This document shows, in pieces, positions 12,833-26,492 of a stretch of DNA of 64,000 bases. The notes under the pieces are model-generated. The model was not told the DNA's origin. It was given only the letters and a program-made list of their open reading frames with translations, and did not search any database. Origin of the DNA: Octopus bimaculoides (lineage: Eukaryota); NCBI RefSeq assembly GCF_001194135.2, contig NC_068990.1:32284588-32348587 (forward strand). Reading direction: 5' to 3'. Made by a program: the position numbers and the translations under genes. Numbering within the stretch: position 1 is the first letter of the stretch; each line of letters begins with the position of its first letter.

Positions 12833-14645
12833 TAGCAATAAGAAAATGGAGGGGATCGAGAGGTGGTATTCATCAACTTTTAGACATTATATTATGTCTA
12901 TTTATTTATTTATTTAAAAAAATACAATTATAACAATATACATACATGTATAACATATTATGCTTTACATATATAATATATAAAAAATACCAGTAATTAT
13001 TAAAATATATAACGTAGATCAGAGGAAGTAGGATAATATCTTACAGCTGTTTCAGCCAAGAGGCCATAGTACCCCATTCTACTTCCATCCCTTCAGTGAA
13101 CTGAAGTATTCGGTAGATAAGATTTAGGTACTTGGGTGTGTCCCTGGGCTTCTAAACTCCCATGATGCCTTTATTGCCACCTTTACTTAACTGCTCACTC
13201 TTACACCTCAAGCCTTTCTCTTGCTGCACCCACCCAGTATGTTTTTCACATCCCTAATTCCATCCTTCCTCTCCAGAGCCTTCCCATCTATGATGCTTTC
13301 ACAGTATTCTTGCACTCCACTCTTTCTCCCATTCCTACTTCTGTGGTACCTTCCAGTGTCTACATGTTACTCACCTCTCCTCTACCCCCTTTTTTCTCAC
13401 AACCCCTTCCTGCACGGCATCTCTGCCTCCTTAACACTCTTCCTCAACTTTTCCCCTCTGACCTACAGGCATGACCCCCTCCACCACTTCCTTCAGTGAC
13501 TCACTCAGGATTCTTTTCCACTATAGTTTATTGCTTCCTTTCTATCCCCCCTTTCCCTCACACTTTCTTTCTGTATGCACTCCTTGAAATGTTGTGGGGG
13601 GGGGGGGGCTAGACTTTCCCATCCCAATACAACACATTTTACCACATTTTCAACCTTCTCTGTTTTTTAATCATGTCACCAATCCTTTTCTTCTGCCCTG
13701 TTCCTTGCCATACTCTCCTAGTCTCCCCTTTAAATTAACTGTCCTTCTTCCTACTGCCTAGGATCATTTCCCCACTCTCTCAGTTATAGGGAGCCACTTT
13801 CAGGCCTTAGCATTTCAAATTATGAGGCAATCATCACAAGTATACCTCGTACTTGTGATGATTGGCATTATGAAGGGCATCCATTGATAGAACCCATTTC
13901 AAAGAAGACATTTGTGCATGAAGCAGTCCTCTTACTTGTCAGACCATCTCAAACCATCCAGTCCATACCAACATGGAAGCTGGGTCTTAAATGATGATGG
14001 TGATGATGATGATGATATTATTATTATTGTTGTTCTAGTTACTACTACTATTGCTACTGCTACAGTTGTTATTATTCCCTTGCTCTAGAAAACTACTTTG
14101 AGATAAAAATTTACCAAAGGAAATTCTATTATAGAATTTGATTTAAGTGGTTTTATTCATATTCCTCTCTACTCCTTCCCACTCATTCCTGAATAACATG
14201 AAAGGAACCAAATTTGATCTAACACAGGGACCTACTTTCAGTTTCACTCATGCTAATGACTAGTCACTCTCTATTTCTGCTACCTGTGACTCTATGTCTG
14301 TAAGTGTGTACCAGTGTGCCATACAGTAATGCATTTCTCTGTCTGTCTGAACGAAGCTCTGCTATTTTGTGCACTGCCTTATTGTTTCTATCTAAATTTT
14401 GTTACTGCATTTTGCTTTCTTTGTTGAATTCAGTCAAGTTATCATCCACCAGAATCTCCTGTTATAATTAGTTTGTAGCTGTAAATTGCAGAGCAACTGT
14501 AGTTCTTTGACCTACTTCAACTGCTTGGAGCTGTATATCATAAGGTTTCTTTCGGATGATGTATTTATTGAAAAGAACTTCATATATTACTTTAGAATAT
14601 GCTAAGTGTGTGTGTGTGTGTGTGTGCGTGCACACACACACACAC

Positions 14646-14676
<31 letters not shown>

Positions 14677-16139
14677 TTTTTTGCATCAGTTTTTATTGTG
14701 AATATCTCTGACTGTATATGTGTATATGTATGAGAAATATGTACATATATATATAGACTTGTATGTTTATGGGATTGTGAGTTTGTATCTGCATATACTA
14801 TGCACGTATTTGTGTGTTTATGCACTCACACACAACCACAAGATTCATCTTTTTCACAGACTTGATTATTATGATTAGCTAATTGGTTTATCCTTTTTTC
14901 TTCTCTCTTCAGTTCTACTTTTTGCCTCCATGATATTGTCTGTAAACAATTGAGAGAGAGTTTTTAAATACTTTTATCATTATTATTCAATCTATTCATT
15001 TTTTTTTCATCATTATAATCTTTGTTACCATTTTTATTATCAGCATTTATAATCAATTTCTTTCATTAATTATTTATTTTTCTTATCAATATTGGTAATG
15101 AACACCTAATTGCTCCACACATTTCCACATACACAGGCTCAGGTATTTACCTGTGCATAAACATACAGGTTGACTCTCTCTCTCACACATTTCCACGTGT
15201 GCATCTGTCTATATACACACATAGACAATTACACATGTGCACATGTACACACACATATGCACACACATGACCTAATACAAAAACTTGTGCATAGATTGAT
15301 ATATGAACAGATTTAAACACATATGCACCTACAAGTACAAAAAGAAACACACACTCACACACACACAGAGTATAAACTATAGGTTGTGTGTAGCTTGCTT
15401 AGTTGAATAGCAGTAACTTTTTCAGTATGCATATGAAAGTCCATACACATTCTCATCTGTTGTAATTTTGTCTGAACATCATTCTGAAATGATGGGGAAA
15501 CTTTCCAGAAGAATTTGTATTGTTATGTTGTTGTCAGATGCTGACAGTTTGTGATTTATGGTAAACCTTTCTTGTTCAGTAAATTGTGTGTCACCTGAAT
15601 TGACCAACTGAAATAGAATGTAAATGAAAAGATGATATAATTAATAAAGTCAATCAGTCTGTATATATACCTCAACATGACTGCAGAAATATAATTGTAT
15701 CCGTAATACCTTCACTCTGTTTCTTTCATTCCCCTTCCTCCCTTTGTTTCACTTTCTTGATTATGTTGCTTTGAATATACAAAGACCCCATAGAGTAGTG
15801 ACAACTTGGGGCACAAGGCAACCTCAATAATGCTGGTTCTGTAATAGAATGCTCCTCCCAGTATACTTGGTAAGGGATTAATGATTGAGCTAAGAAGACA
15901 TCAAGGTGATAGGACCCTTTAGCCTACCTGAAGACATGATAGCTTCCATAGTGCTAGTGTCAATAAAATTCCTCCTGTACATTCCACAAAGTGGATGATG
16001 TTAGAAGGGGCATCTAGCTATAAACATTAAACCACAAATGGAATGTTTTGTGCAAGACTGAGTAATAATAAATTGACCTTACAATGACTTGCTCCAGTGT
16101 AGAAGATTCATTGATTGGAGAAAATTCAGGGAGCTACTA

Positions 16140-16520
16140 TCACTGCTGAAAACAAAGGTCTTTTACCTTTAGACTGTAGGGTAGATTTTATGGTGCTTGT
16201 GTTAGAACTGCAATGCTGTTTGGTATTGAGACATGAATTTTGAGTGCAGAGGTTTTGAGAAGACTAGAAAGAAATGAAAACAGCATGCTGTGTCAGATGT
16301 GCAATGTGAGTGTGCATGAAAGACACAGTACAATGGTGCTGAGACTCAGATGTAGTGTGCAAGAAAGAGGACTGCACTTGTATGGACATGTGACAATGAA
16401 AACAACTGTTTAAAGAAGTGCTAATCACTAAGGTGAAACTTCAGAAGGAGACCAAGGGAAACATGAGACAGTGGTGAAGGTTGATCTCAGGACCTTGAAC
16501 CTCATGGAGGTAATGAGAAA
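16140..16520 (+). mobile_element. Degenerate RTE ORF2 C-terminal fragment
   Basis: Broken translation RRLERNENSMLCQMCNVSVHER...CSVQERGLHLYGHV. The same region (VQERRLRWYGHVVRMDE) occurs at 20947-21000 before a gap. Confidence 0.7.
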
Positions 16521-16604
16521 GAAAGAACCAGGATGACTACTTACTAGTGGTATGCAGTTCTCATGAAGACGTACCCACCTTGGAGAAGCTGAGTTCTGAT
16601 AGTG

Positions 16605-16651
<47 letters not shown>

Positions 16652-17810
16652 ATTGGGCCCCCCCGTCACCCAATTTCCTTCCCCCTTGAGATACTCCCAC
16701 CACTCATCGTCTCTCTAACTGTAGCTCTTTCTTGATACCACTCTTCTTACTATGCAGAACCATTTCACTTGTTATCCACTTTTCATTCCTTGATACTGTT
16801 CTCTCCACTCACTGTTTTCATTGATCACCTACCCCCTTTGAGCCACCAATTGTCTTTCCTCTCTCTCCCACCACACATCTTCCAGTTTCCTCACACATTA
16901 TGCCTGCTTCTCTTTCTTCTCTGTCTATTGCAACCTATTGACCATCAATCATCTCCCTCTCACCCTTCTCCTGTCTACTGTTTCATTATTGTTTTGCTGC
17001 TCTGTGCTGTCTGTTATCTCCTACTTTCTCCCACTCATTTTGACCCATCTTGTATCTTGATGGTCCATCCTGACACCTCATCATCATTATTTTTTTTTAT
17101 TGCTTCCCAGCTCCACTTGATAACTTCCACCCTCTTACCTAAAATGTGAGTTGTCATGTGACTCTTCCACTGCAAGAAACCTGTTCTGCTCTGGCTCCTC
17201 TTATATTTTTACCCCTCATCTCCTAACATGAAGTTGCCCTCTTGGGGTTTGTAGTCTTCTAAACTTCATGGAGGCCTCACTAGTGCAGGTAGCACAAAAA
17301 ATATCCTGGACATGCTGTTAAATGGTTAGCATAAGGAAGGGCATCTAGTTATACAAACTATACCAAAATAGATGTCTTGCAGTCCTTGGATCCATTAGAT
17401 TCTGTCAAACTGTCTAACCCATGCCATCATGGAACATGGATGTTAAAAGATGATGAGAATGATGATATCCACCCATCCACACACACACACACACATTGCA
17501 TTGTGTATAGATAGTAAGAATTGAGTTGTGAATATTCACTAAATTTATGGTTAGTAATACATATTTATTTGCAGAAGTAGATAGAATATTTTTATCCTAT
17601 GTCTGATATCTCGAGATGTTCTATATCAATTGTAAAGTTATATATATATATATATTCATTCAAATGTTTCTTCCTGTAACAAAAAACACTCACTCGAGAA
17701 GTAATTTAGATATTGCACATAAAAATACTGTAGACATGAAGTAGCTTGGAAAGTTTCTGAAAGATAAATGAATTAGTTGAAGGTTTTGATAGGTTTGGAT
17801 TGTGAGAGAG

Positions 17811-17842
<32 letters not shown>

Positions 17843-18827
17843 AAAGAAGCTAAAATCAGAAATAGAAATAACTTATGAGGTTGAAGACATTAGATCCATC
17901 CAATCCACAAGTTAAAAAGCAAAAATATCTGTGAAAATGTCAAAGCTAACCGATAGTGAAGATGCTGTTGTAAATCTTTGAAGTTTGTTTTGATGTCCTC
18001 TTCTTGGAGAATTATGATATTGGTTTAACCCATTCAAAACAGTATAAGTTAGTTTGTTGCCCAAATTACAAGATTTATCAGTTTTCAGATATACGATCTT
18101 AATGTATACACATCAAAATCTTAGCAGTTTTTGAAATTTTTCATAAATTTTTTCCAATCTTCAAGGCAGTTTTGAAACTAATATTTCTTGTGGTCTTCAC
18201 CCTTGAGAAACTTCTTGAAGGATTGGACTGTATCAGAAATTATATTTGCTGATTTTTATATAGTTTTATACATGCCAACTTCTGATATCTTCCTAACTTT
18301 AAGACATCTTTACAATGTGGTTGTTTTTGTTATGAATTTGTTGTAATAACAGTGATGATGATGCTACTAATATTAATATTATCATTAATGTTTGCTATAA
18401 AAGAAGCGAAAGCCATTTTATGTTTAGTTAAAATTATAAAATTTCAAAGTTCTCTTAATTTTCTTCCTAGTTTGAGTTGCCAAATTTGTGCATTGTAGTG
18501 ACAATATTAATGAAAAAAATGAATTTTATAATTTTCATTTAATCATTCTTTAAGGATTATCATCATCATTTTTATTATATGTTCTTCACAGAAACAGATC
18601 AATTTTTAAAAATAGTTGAAAGAATTAACCGACTTAATCTATTTTTCCTACTGCATTCACATTTTAGTGGTTAGTATTAGAGGAGTGCAGAGGTAGCCAT
18701 GAGTTAACAAGGAGCTTCAGAGCTAGGAGATAAATTATTTAGAACCAAGATTAGACAGAATTTGTGTTTCTGCATAGATGCCATTGTACTTCTCTTGTTG
18801 AAGTACTGCATGCAATATTTGGTGCAG

Positions 18828-19026
18828 AGGTGGTGAGCTGGCAGAGTCATTAGCATGCTGGGTAAAATGCTTACTGGCATTTCATCCATCTTTACGTTCT
18901 GAGTTCAAATTCCACAAAGGTCGACTTTGTCTTTCATCCTTTCGGGGTCGATAAAATAAGAACCAGTTGAGGGCACTGGTACCCCTTCCCTTGAAATTGC
19001 TGTCCTTGTGCCAAAATTTGAAACCA
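18828..19026 (+). mobile_element. Family C SINE
   Basis: Same head and body as 10977; TSD TATTTGGTGCA near 18816-26 and 19028-38. Confidence 0.85.
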
Positions 19027-20580
19027 GTATTTGGTGCATCGGAGAGCAATAGTGTGAGTGACAAATCTGGTAAGAAGTAGTGAGGTAAATGATCTATAGA
19101 TAAGAACCAGGGTGTTTAGTCTCACTTGAAGAATTTCTTTTTTCCCAGTTGGATGCATTTCTTTTGCCTAATCACTCCATGTGGAATCTGTTTTCATTGA
19201 GTTTAACTGTATCCAGTAGAGTTATGTAGCTTATTAACAATATATTCCAGTTGTTTACAGTAGAGACTTTAGTTTAGTTTTCATAGAACATGGTGTTGTG
19301 TCAGTGTTGAACTCTTTATGCTGTGAGTTGTAGACTGTTTCAGATCTAAATTTCTTGATCAAATGCAAACTAAACATTTTCAGATTCATCCAACCAAATA
19401 AAACTCTTCTGTATGCTTGATACTTTTTCTTTTTTCAGTTCTTATTTTTTATTATGATTGAGGTTTCATTTTCTAACTTTGACATCTTTAATGGGCCTAG
19501 CAAATGTTAGTGAAAGATTTCAATTGTGTGGACTTTGAGAATTTTTTCCTGAACAGTGTATGTAGATAACAAAAGTCTTACAGAAAAGATTTTAATCTTG
19601 TGCCTTCTGTGTTAGTTAACTTCATCCTATTGTGACCCTGTTTCTTACAAGCTTCAACAAATTTCCAAAATGATACAAAGAAACAAAAAACAAAACAAAA
19701 AAACAAAAAACAAAAAGAAAACAATATATTGAGTTTAACAAAAGACAAGGTGTTTACCTCCTCATATCTTATATTATCATTCATGAAATTTTGATGGAAA
19801 TATTAATTCAAATATGAACATTTTAATGCCGGCAATGTTATATATGATATTATTCAAAATGTTAACTTCCCTGTTATTGTGCTATTGACCAGATGAACTC
19901 ACTTTTCTCACTTTCTGAACTATTATCACTTTCTTTCAGATGCCAAATTTTATAATTTTTTTTTTTTTTCAACAAACTTTAGTTTTCTGTTGTTACAAAA
20001 TTTCCTTTCACAGCTTTCTCCTTTCTGANNNNNNNNNNNNNNNNNNNNNNNNNNNNNNNNNNNNNNNNNNNNNNNNNNNNNNNNNNNNNNNNNNNNNNNN
20101 NNNNNNNNNNNNNNNNNNNNNNNNNNNNNNNNNNNNNNNNNNNNNNNNNNNNNNNNNNNNNNNNNNNNNNNNNNNNNNNNNNNNNNNNNNNNNNNNNNNN
20201 NNNNNNNNNNNNNNNNNNNNNNNNNNNNNNNNNNNNNNNNNNNNNNNNNNNNNNNNNNNNNNNNNNNNNNNNNNNNNNNNNNNNNNNNNNNNNNNNNNNN
20301 NNNNNNNNNNNNNNNNNNNNNNNNNNNNNNNNNNNNNNNNNNNNNNNNNNNNNNNNNNNNNNNNNNNNNNNNNNNNNNNNNNNNNNNNNNNNNNNNNNNN
20401 NNNNNNNNNNNNNNNNNNNNNNNNNNNNNNNNNNNNNNNNNNNNNNNNNNNNNNNNNNNNNNNNNNNNNNNNNNNNNNNNNNNNNNNNNNNNNNNNNNNN
20501 NNNNNNNNNNNNNNNNNNNNNNNNNNNNNNNNNNNNNNNNNNNNNNNNNNNNNNNNNNNNNNNNNNNNNNNATATATATA

Positions 20581-20892
20581 GTGAAGATGTGTAGCTTAGT
20601 GGCTAGGGTATTTAGCTCATGATCATAAAGTTGTGAGTTCAATTCCCAATGGTGTGTTGTGTCCTTGAACAAGACACTTTGTTTCATGTTGCTCCAGTCC
20701 ATTCAGCAGGTAAAAGCGATTAATACCTGTGTTGTCGCATTCTGTGTCATGCTAAATCTCTCTGAGAACTACATTGAAGGTATGCATGTCTGTGGAGTGC
20801 TCAGCCACTTGCAGGTTAATTTCAGGAACAAGCAGGCTGTTCCATCAATCAAATCAACTGGAACCCTTATCGACACAACCAACAAAGTGCCA
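20581..20892 (+). mobile_element. Chimeric SINE: family B head and CORE joined to the family A 3' half
   Basis: TGTGTCCTTGAACAAGACACTTTGTTTCATGTTGCTCCAGTCC (CORE) followed by GAGAACTAC...TGTCTGTGGAGTGCTCAGCCACTTGCA...CAACTGGAACCC...GTGCCA (family A tail). Confidence 0.7.
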
Positions 20893-21615
20893 GCAGCATA
20901 TATATGCATATGCACATGATATATATATATATATATATATATATATGGTGTGCAAGAGAGACGATTGCGCTGGTATGGACATGTGGTGAGAATGGATGAG
21001 NNNNNNNNNNNNNNNNNNNNNNNNNNNNNNNNNNNNNNNNNNNNNNNNNNNNNNNNNNNNNNNNNNNNNNNNNNNNNNNNNNNNNNNNNNNNNNNNNNNN
21101 NNNNNNNNNNNNNNNNNNNNNNNNNNNNNNNNNNNNNNNNNNNNNNNNNNNNNNNNNNNNNNNNNNNNNNNNNNNNNNNNNNNNNNNNNNNNNNNNNNNN
21201 NNNNNNNNNNNNNNNNNNNNNNNNNNNNNNNNNNNNNNNNNNNNNNNNNNNNNNNNNNNNNNNNNNNNNNNNNNNNNNNNNNNNNNNNNNNNNNNNNNNN
21301 NNNNNNNNNNNNNNNNNNNNNNNNNNNNNNNNNNNNNNNNNNNNNNNNNNNNNNNNNNNNNNNNNNNNNNNNNNNNNNNNNNNNNNNNNNNNNNNNNNNN
21401 NNNNNNNNNNNNNNNNNNNNNNNNNNNNNNNNNNNNNNNNNNNNNNNNNNNNNNNNNNNNNNNNNNNNNNNNNNNNNNNNNNNNNNNNNNNNNNNNNNNN
21501 NNNNNNNNNNNNNNNNNNNNNNNNNNNNNNNNNNNNNNNNNNNNNNNNNNNNNNNNNNNNNNNNNNNNNNNNNNNNNNNNNNNNNNNNNNNNNNNNNNNN
21601 NNNNNNNNNNNNNNN

Positions 21616-21661
<46 letters not shown>

Positions 21662-22624
21662 CACAGGTCTTCCTCTGTGATTAAGAAGTTCACTTCCCAA
21701 GCCAGAATTCCATTGTCCAGTGTGTCTTTATTTCAAGACAGCATGGTCGGATGTGATGTAGCTTGGCTGCTGTTTCTAGCAGGATTTATGGGAATAAGAG
21801 AGGAAGGTATATCAAAAAGGGTTTAATGTAAATGAGATGAAATAGTTCCTCATTGTTGATTTGGTTGAATTCGCCACCTGATGTTACATGATATTAAATG
21901 AGTAACTCTTCAGCATTCAGATTACTGTGTCAAATGTGAAGTTTTCTTATTCAAATTGTTTTGAATTAACCAAGCATTATCTCATAGCTTTGAGATTTTG
22001 ATGATGTGATTGTTTATTTTTAGAATGACAGTGTAGATTAGATGTGAGAGGCCAGATCTGGCCAATTTGAACATAAAATAGGTAGAATATTTGGGCTGGA
22101 TATCACCTGTTTAAATTCCAAAGGGTTGGATGTTTTGCTTCAGTTATATGTTATACTACACATCAGCTGATATATTTTTGTTTCTAGTCATGCTGTCAAT
22201 GTTTTAGATTAAATATTAGCATAATATTAGATTAAATATTATTAAAGACTACTATGGCTTCAAATCCCCCTTAGTTTCTTCAGACTGGTTACAGTTGAAT
22301 CACATGATCTGTCAGTTAGGTTTATCTACCTTTATAACCATTCTATTAATTACAGAATGTGGTGTGTTGATGAATAGCAATCAAGCTTTGTATAATCACA
22401 ATTGTACTTGTTCACTTAACATTCACTACATGACTATGTTTACATAGCTGAAATGTCAATTGACTAAAGGACTGCATGTTCTTGTATTGCTGAATTCAGG
22501 AAATTGGCAGTAAATGACTTATTTTTTCCTTGATATTCCATTTGAAGACAATGTTTTCAATGGTGCTCTACAAGTTAAAGAATAGTTTACATTGTGTAAT
22601 GAGATGTAATGAATGTGCGTGTGT

Positions 22625-22667
<43 letters not shown>

Positions 22668-23307
22668 CATGTTGAGGATTAGGTTAAGGAAGTTAATAGT
22701 TTAAGGAGAATTTATTGTTGTTTAACCCTGATCCAGTTTATATTATTTTATTCAGAAGCATCATACATACATTTAACCCATAACCAACTTAACCTACTAT
22801 TGGTTGAAAATCCCACTAGACGTTGTCATTAATCTACCACTGCTAATAAAATATTTTGCTTTTCTTTAATGAGCTAGTTTTAAAATAGATACCGTACATT
22901 ATGTTGACTGATACTGGTATCAAATAATATGACACAATTCAAAGTTAAATGCTTTTCTGTAATGAACTACTTTTAATATAAATACCACAATTCAAAGCTA
23001 AAATGAAAGTGGCAGAGATAAAGGACTTCAAAGTTTTTTTCAAAAAAAATATTGAAATTTTAAAATGATTTGAATTTTATGAATACTAATAGCAAAGAGC
23101 TGCACATTTTATGTTTGCAATCTGGATGTATTTCTCAATAGCAGAAGTGAAAGTGGGCAATATTGATAAATTTAATGCATGTAAATGTATTTGATAAATT
23201 AGGGTATATTTTGACTCGTATTGATTGGAAGTGCAGGAAATTGATGCAAAAATGCAAATCTGAGGAATATATTTTGACATATATATTTACAAATATTCAA
23301 ATTCATG

Positions 23308-23735
23308 GCTCAAGGCCATTAGTTTTGAGGAGAGGGGGAAATTGATTACATTAACCCCAGTGTTCAGTTGGTACTTATTTTATCAACCCCAAAAGAATGA
23401 AAGGCAAAGTCAACCTCAGCAACATTTGAACTTGGAATGTAAAACCTGATGAATTGGTGCTAAGTATTTTGTCCTACTCAATGGCAATTTTGTTAGCCTG
23501 CTGCTTTTATTTACACACAAATATTCATTCTACTATAGGCACAAGGCCTGAAATTTTAGAGTGTGATAGTTGATTACATCAACCCCAATGCTCCATTGGT
23601 ACTTATTTCATCGACCCTTAAAGGATGAAAGGTGAATTCAGTCTTGGTGGAATTTGAACTCAGAACATATAGATAGGTGAAATGCCACTAAGCATTTTGC
23701 TCAACATGCTAATGACTCTGCCAGCTTGCCACCTT
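23308..23735 (-). mobile_element. Two adjacent family C SINEs
   Basis: Copies at about 23308-23505 and 23527-23735; the second is flanked by a decayed duplication (TTTATTTACACACAAATAT / TTTATTTGCACAGAAATAT). Confidence 0.82.
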
Positions 23736-24624
23736 TATTTGCACAGAAATATGACAATACTTTGATACACTTTTTAATTAATAAATTTTTATTATCATAG
23801 TGTCATAAGTTACTTCGTGCCAGATTCAAACATTTGAATGTCTAGTATTTGAATAGATGAAGTGTTAAACAATCATCATGATTGCAGAACTGGAGTTATG
23901 TAACATCTACAGTGTATTGTGGTCAACTGACCAGTATTAACTTGGAATCAGTCAACCATTTTTTTTTTCTTTAAGAACTATAACAAAGCATCAGAAATAA
24001 CTCAGTCAATTATTTCTTTAAAAAATTGAATAATGGAATATTTGCTTAAAGAAAAAAAAAAAAAAAAAAAAAAAAAATCAAACTAATTAGCTAGCAGTTC
24101 TTCACAATTAAATGATTTTTTAAAAATTAGATGTTTCGCTTTTGAACATTATTGCTCATTAGGAGGTTACTGGAACAGCCTCATATTTTGTGTGAAAATA
24201 ATTCACTCCTTAGGCGAACCAAAATATGATATTAAGAAATGATTACGGATGTCTTCTGCATGTCAAATATGCAGTTAAGTGCATACTTAACTGAATATAC
24301 TTAAGGTGGTGAACCAAAGTTTCTGTTTGCAATTTACTCAGAACTAATTATTCAATTAATGAAGTGTTTGTTGTTGAGATTTGATAGAAATTAACTAAGA
24401 CCCAGCAAGACTACAATTGTTGGCAGAATCTGTCTTTCTCTGTCACCATAAGGAACTACTTCCTCTACTGCTGCAGCAGCATTGAGTGGAAGAGCCAATT
24501 CACAGTCTGGTTTAACATTGCCACTTGTCTCTTTAGTGTCTTCACTAAAGTGCATTTTACAGCAAGTAATCAGATCAAACCTGAGAGTTACTCCTGCCTC
24601 TCTAGCATCAATTAAATCAGGAAA

Positions 24625-24657
<33 letters not shown>

Positions 24658-25149
24658 CCAGAAAATAGTTAACCTTGCATTGTNNNNNNNNNNNNNNNNN
24701 NNNNNNNNNNNNNNNNNNNNNNNNNNNNNNNNNNNNNNNNNNNNNNNNNNNNNNNNNNNNNNNNAAAAAAAAAAAAAAAAAAAAAAAAAAAACCCCAGAA
24801 AATAGTTAACCTTGCATTGTATTTATTTAGTTATTGTTTGTTCTTAGAATTTTCCTACCAGTCTTATTTCTGTCTTTATATTCTATCATATCAAAGTTAT
24901 TCCTTTAATTTCAACATTTTTCTTTTTTATTGCTTTCTATTATGTCCCATGTTTACAGTCTGCAGGTTCTTTCTATATCACTACTATAGCATTCATCCTT
25001 GTTACTGAGGCGTTGTCATTTAACTTCAGCTTTTGACAGTTGCTAATTAGATGAGTTCTAACGAGGCATTCAGCAGTATCGTTACACTAGATAAATTATG
25101 CAGAAGAAACCATACATATATGTATATATATATATGTATGTATACATAC

Positions 25150-25213
<64 letters not shown>

Positions 25214-25933
25214 AGAGAGAGAGAGAGAGAGCATATTTAACAATACAAAAGTTTTGATCATTTTTAGTTCTCTGCTTTTAAGAATATTTTTTTTTTTTTT
25301 GTAAATTTATGAAACTATTTTTTTGTTGTAGTTACTTGATGTTCTATTTCTAATTTTGTTTTATATTTTCTGAAGTATTTTCCATATTTTTGTTGTGTGC
25401 ATACGTGTGCATGTGTACATGTGTATGTAAGAGAGAGAGAGAGATTCTGTTTTTTGACATTACTAATATTGCAATGTCTCCAAATATCAGACTTTATTGG
25501 AAATTGCTTTTCTTGTTCCATTTTCTTCAACCCCCACCCATTATTTCTAACGTAAACTGGAATTATCTATCAATACACATGAGCACACACACACAAGTGC
25601 AAGCGCACATACACACACACACACATACACACACACACACATGCCTCCACACACATGCGTACGCACACTTAGCAAAAATTAGATGAGAAAAAAAATAGAT
25701 TTATATTAGAACTGAGTGAAGTGATTAGTCAGTTTTGCTTCCATCCAATTGTATTATCAGTTAGGTTCAGAGATTAAGATATTGTCTTTAGGCATCTCAA
25801 TATTTCTTCTATTTTTATTCTTTTGTACAAGGAAAAATCTATGTAATGCAATGTGTATGTGTCAAACTCATATGCAAATGTCACTTAGTTTCTTGTGTGT
25901 ATGTGTATGTAAACACGCATGCACGCACACACG

Positions 25934-25969
<36 letters not shown>

Positions 25970-26453
25970 AATTTGATTCATTTACATCTGATTTTCTGTA
26001 CCAGCATGGCTTAAATAAGCATATTATTATGGCATTGTTTTCAAGTCAGACGTCCTTCCTCTCGCTAATTCTTACTAGTTTTCTAGGTGAGGAACTTCTT
26101 ATTTGACACATCTTCAAAAATGCAATGCCAGCCTGTTATTTATTTAAACAAGAAATGGCAGTAATATCCTTGTTTGTAGCTCATGACTTTTTGGGAAGTG
26201 CAAGTGTAAAAACACACACACACACACACACTATCCATACCGCCTCTTTCTCCCCATCTCTCATGCTGAGCTTCTTTCAGTTTCCTTCTACCAAATCCAT
26301 TTACAAAGCTTCCAGAGCTATATGGAAGACATTTGCTCAAGGTGCTGTGCAATAGATTGAACCTGAAATCATGTGGTTGGGAAGCAAACTTCTTAACTAT
26401 ATATATATTAGGGACTAATAGACTTGACACCGTTCAGAATTCAGTGTGCACTC

Positions 26454-26492
26454 AAAGCAATGACTAGTAATATTACGAAACCGGTATGCTTT
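26454..26492 (+). ncRNA. Minimal type I hammerhead ribozyme motif with an A3-U8 core variant
   Basis: AAAGCA(26454-59) ATGACTA(26460-66) GTAATATTAC(26467-76) GAAA(26477-80) CCGG T A|TGCTTT(26487-92). Perfect 6-bp stem I, palindromic stems II and III, GUA triplet. Confidence 0.65.

Noticed and set aside
13830-13863. 11-bp hairpin CATCACAAGTA/TACTTGTGATG in a decayed RTE tail
   Set aside because: Absent from the other copies of that tail; probably a local template-switch event.
19940-21826. Longest ORFs in the track (200-280 aa)
   Set aside because: They consist almost entirely of X from N-gaps plus (TA)n.
24627-24819. Duplicated poly(A)-CCCCAGAAAATAGTTAACCTTGCATTGT across a gap
   Set aside because: Same gap-flank duplication artefact.
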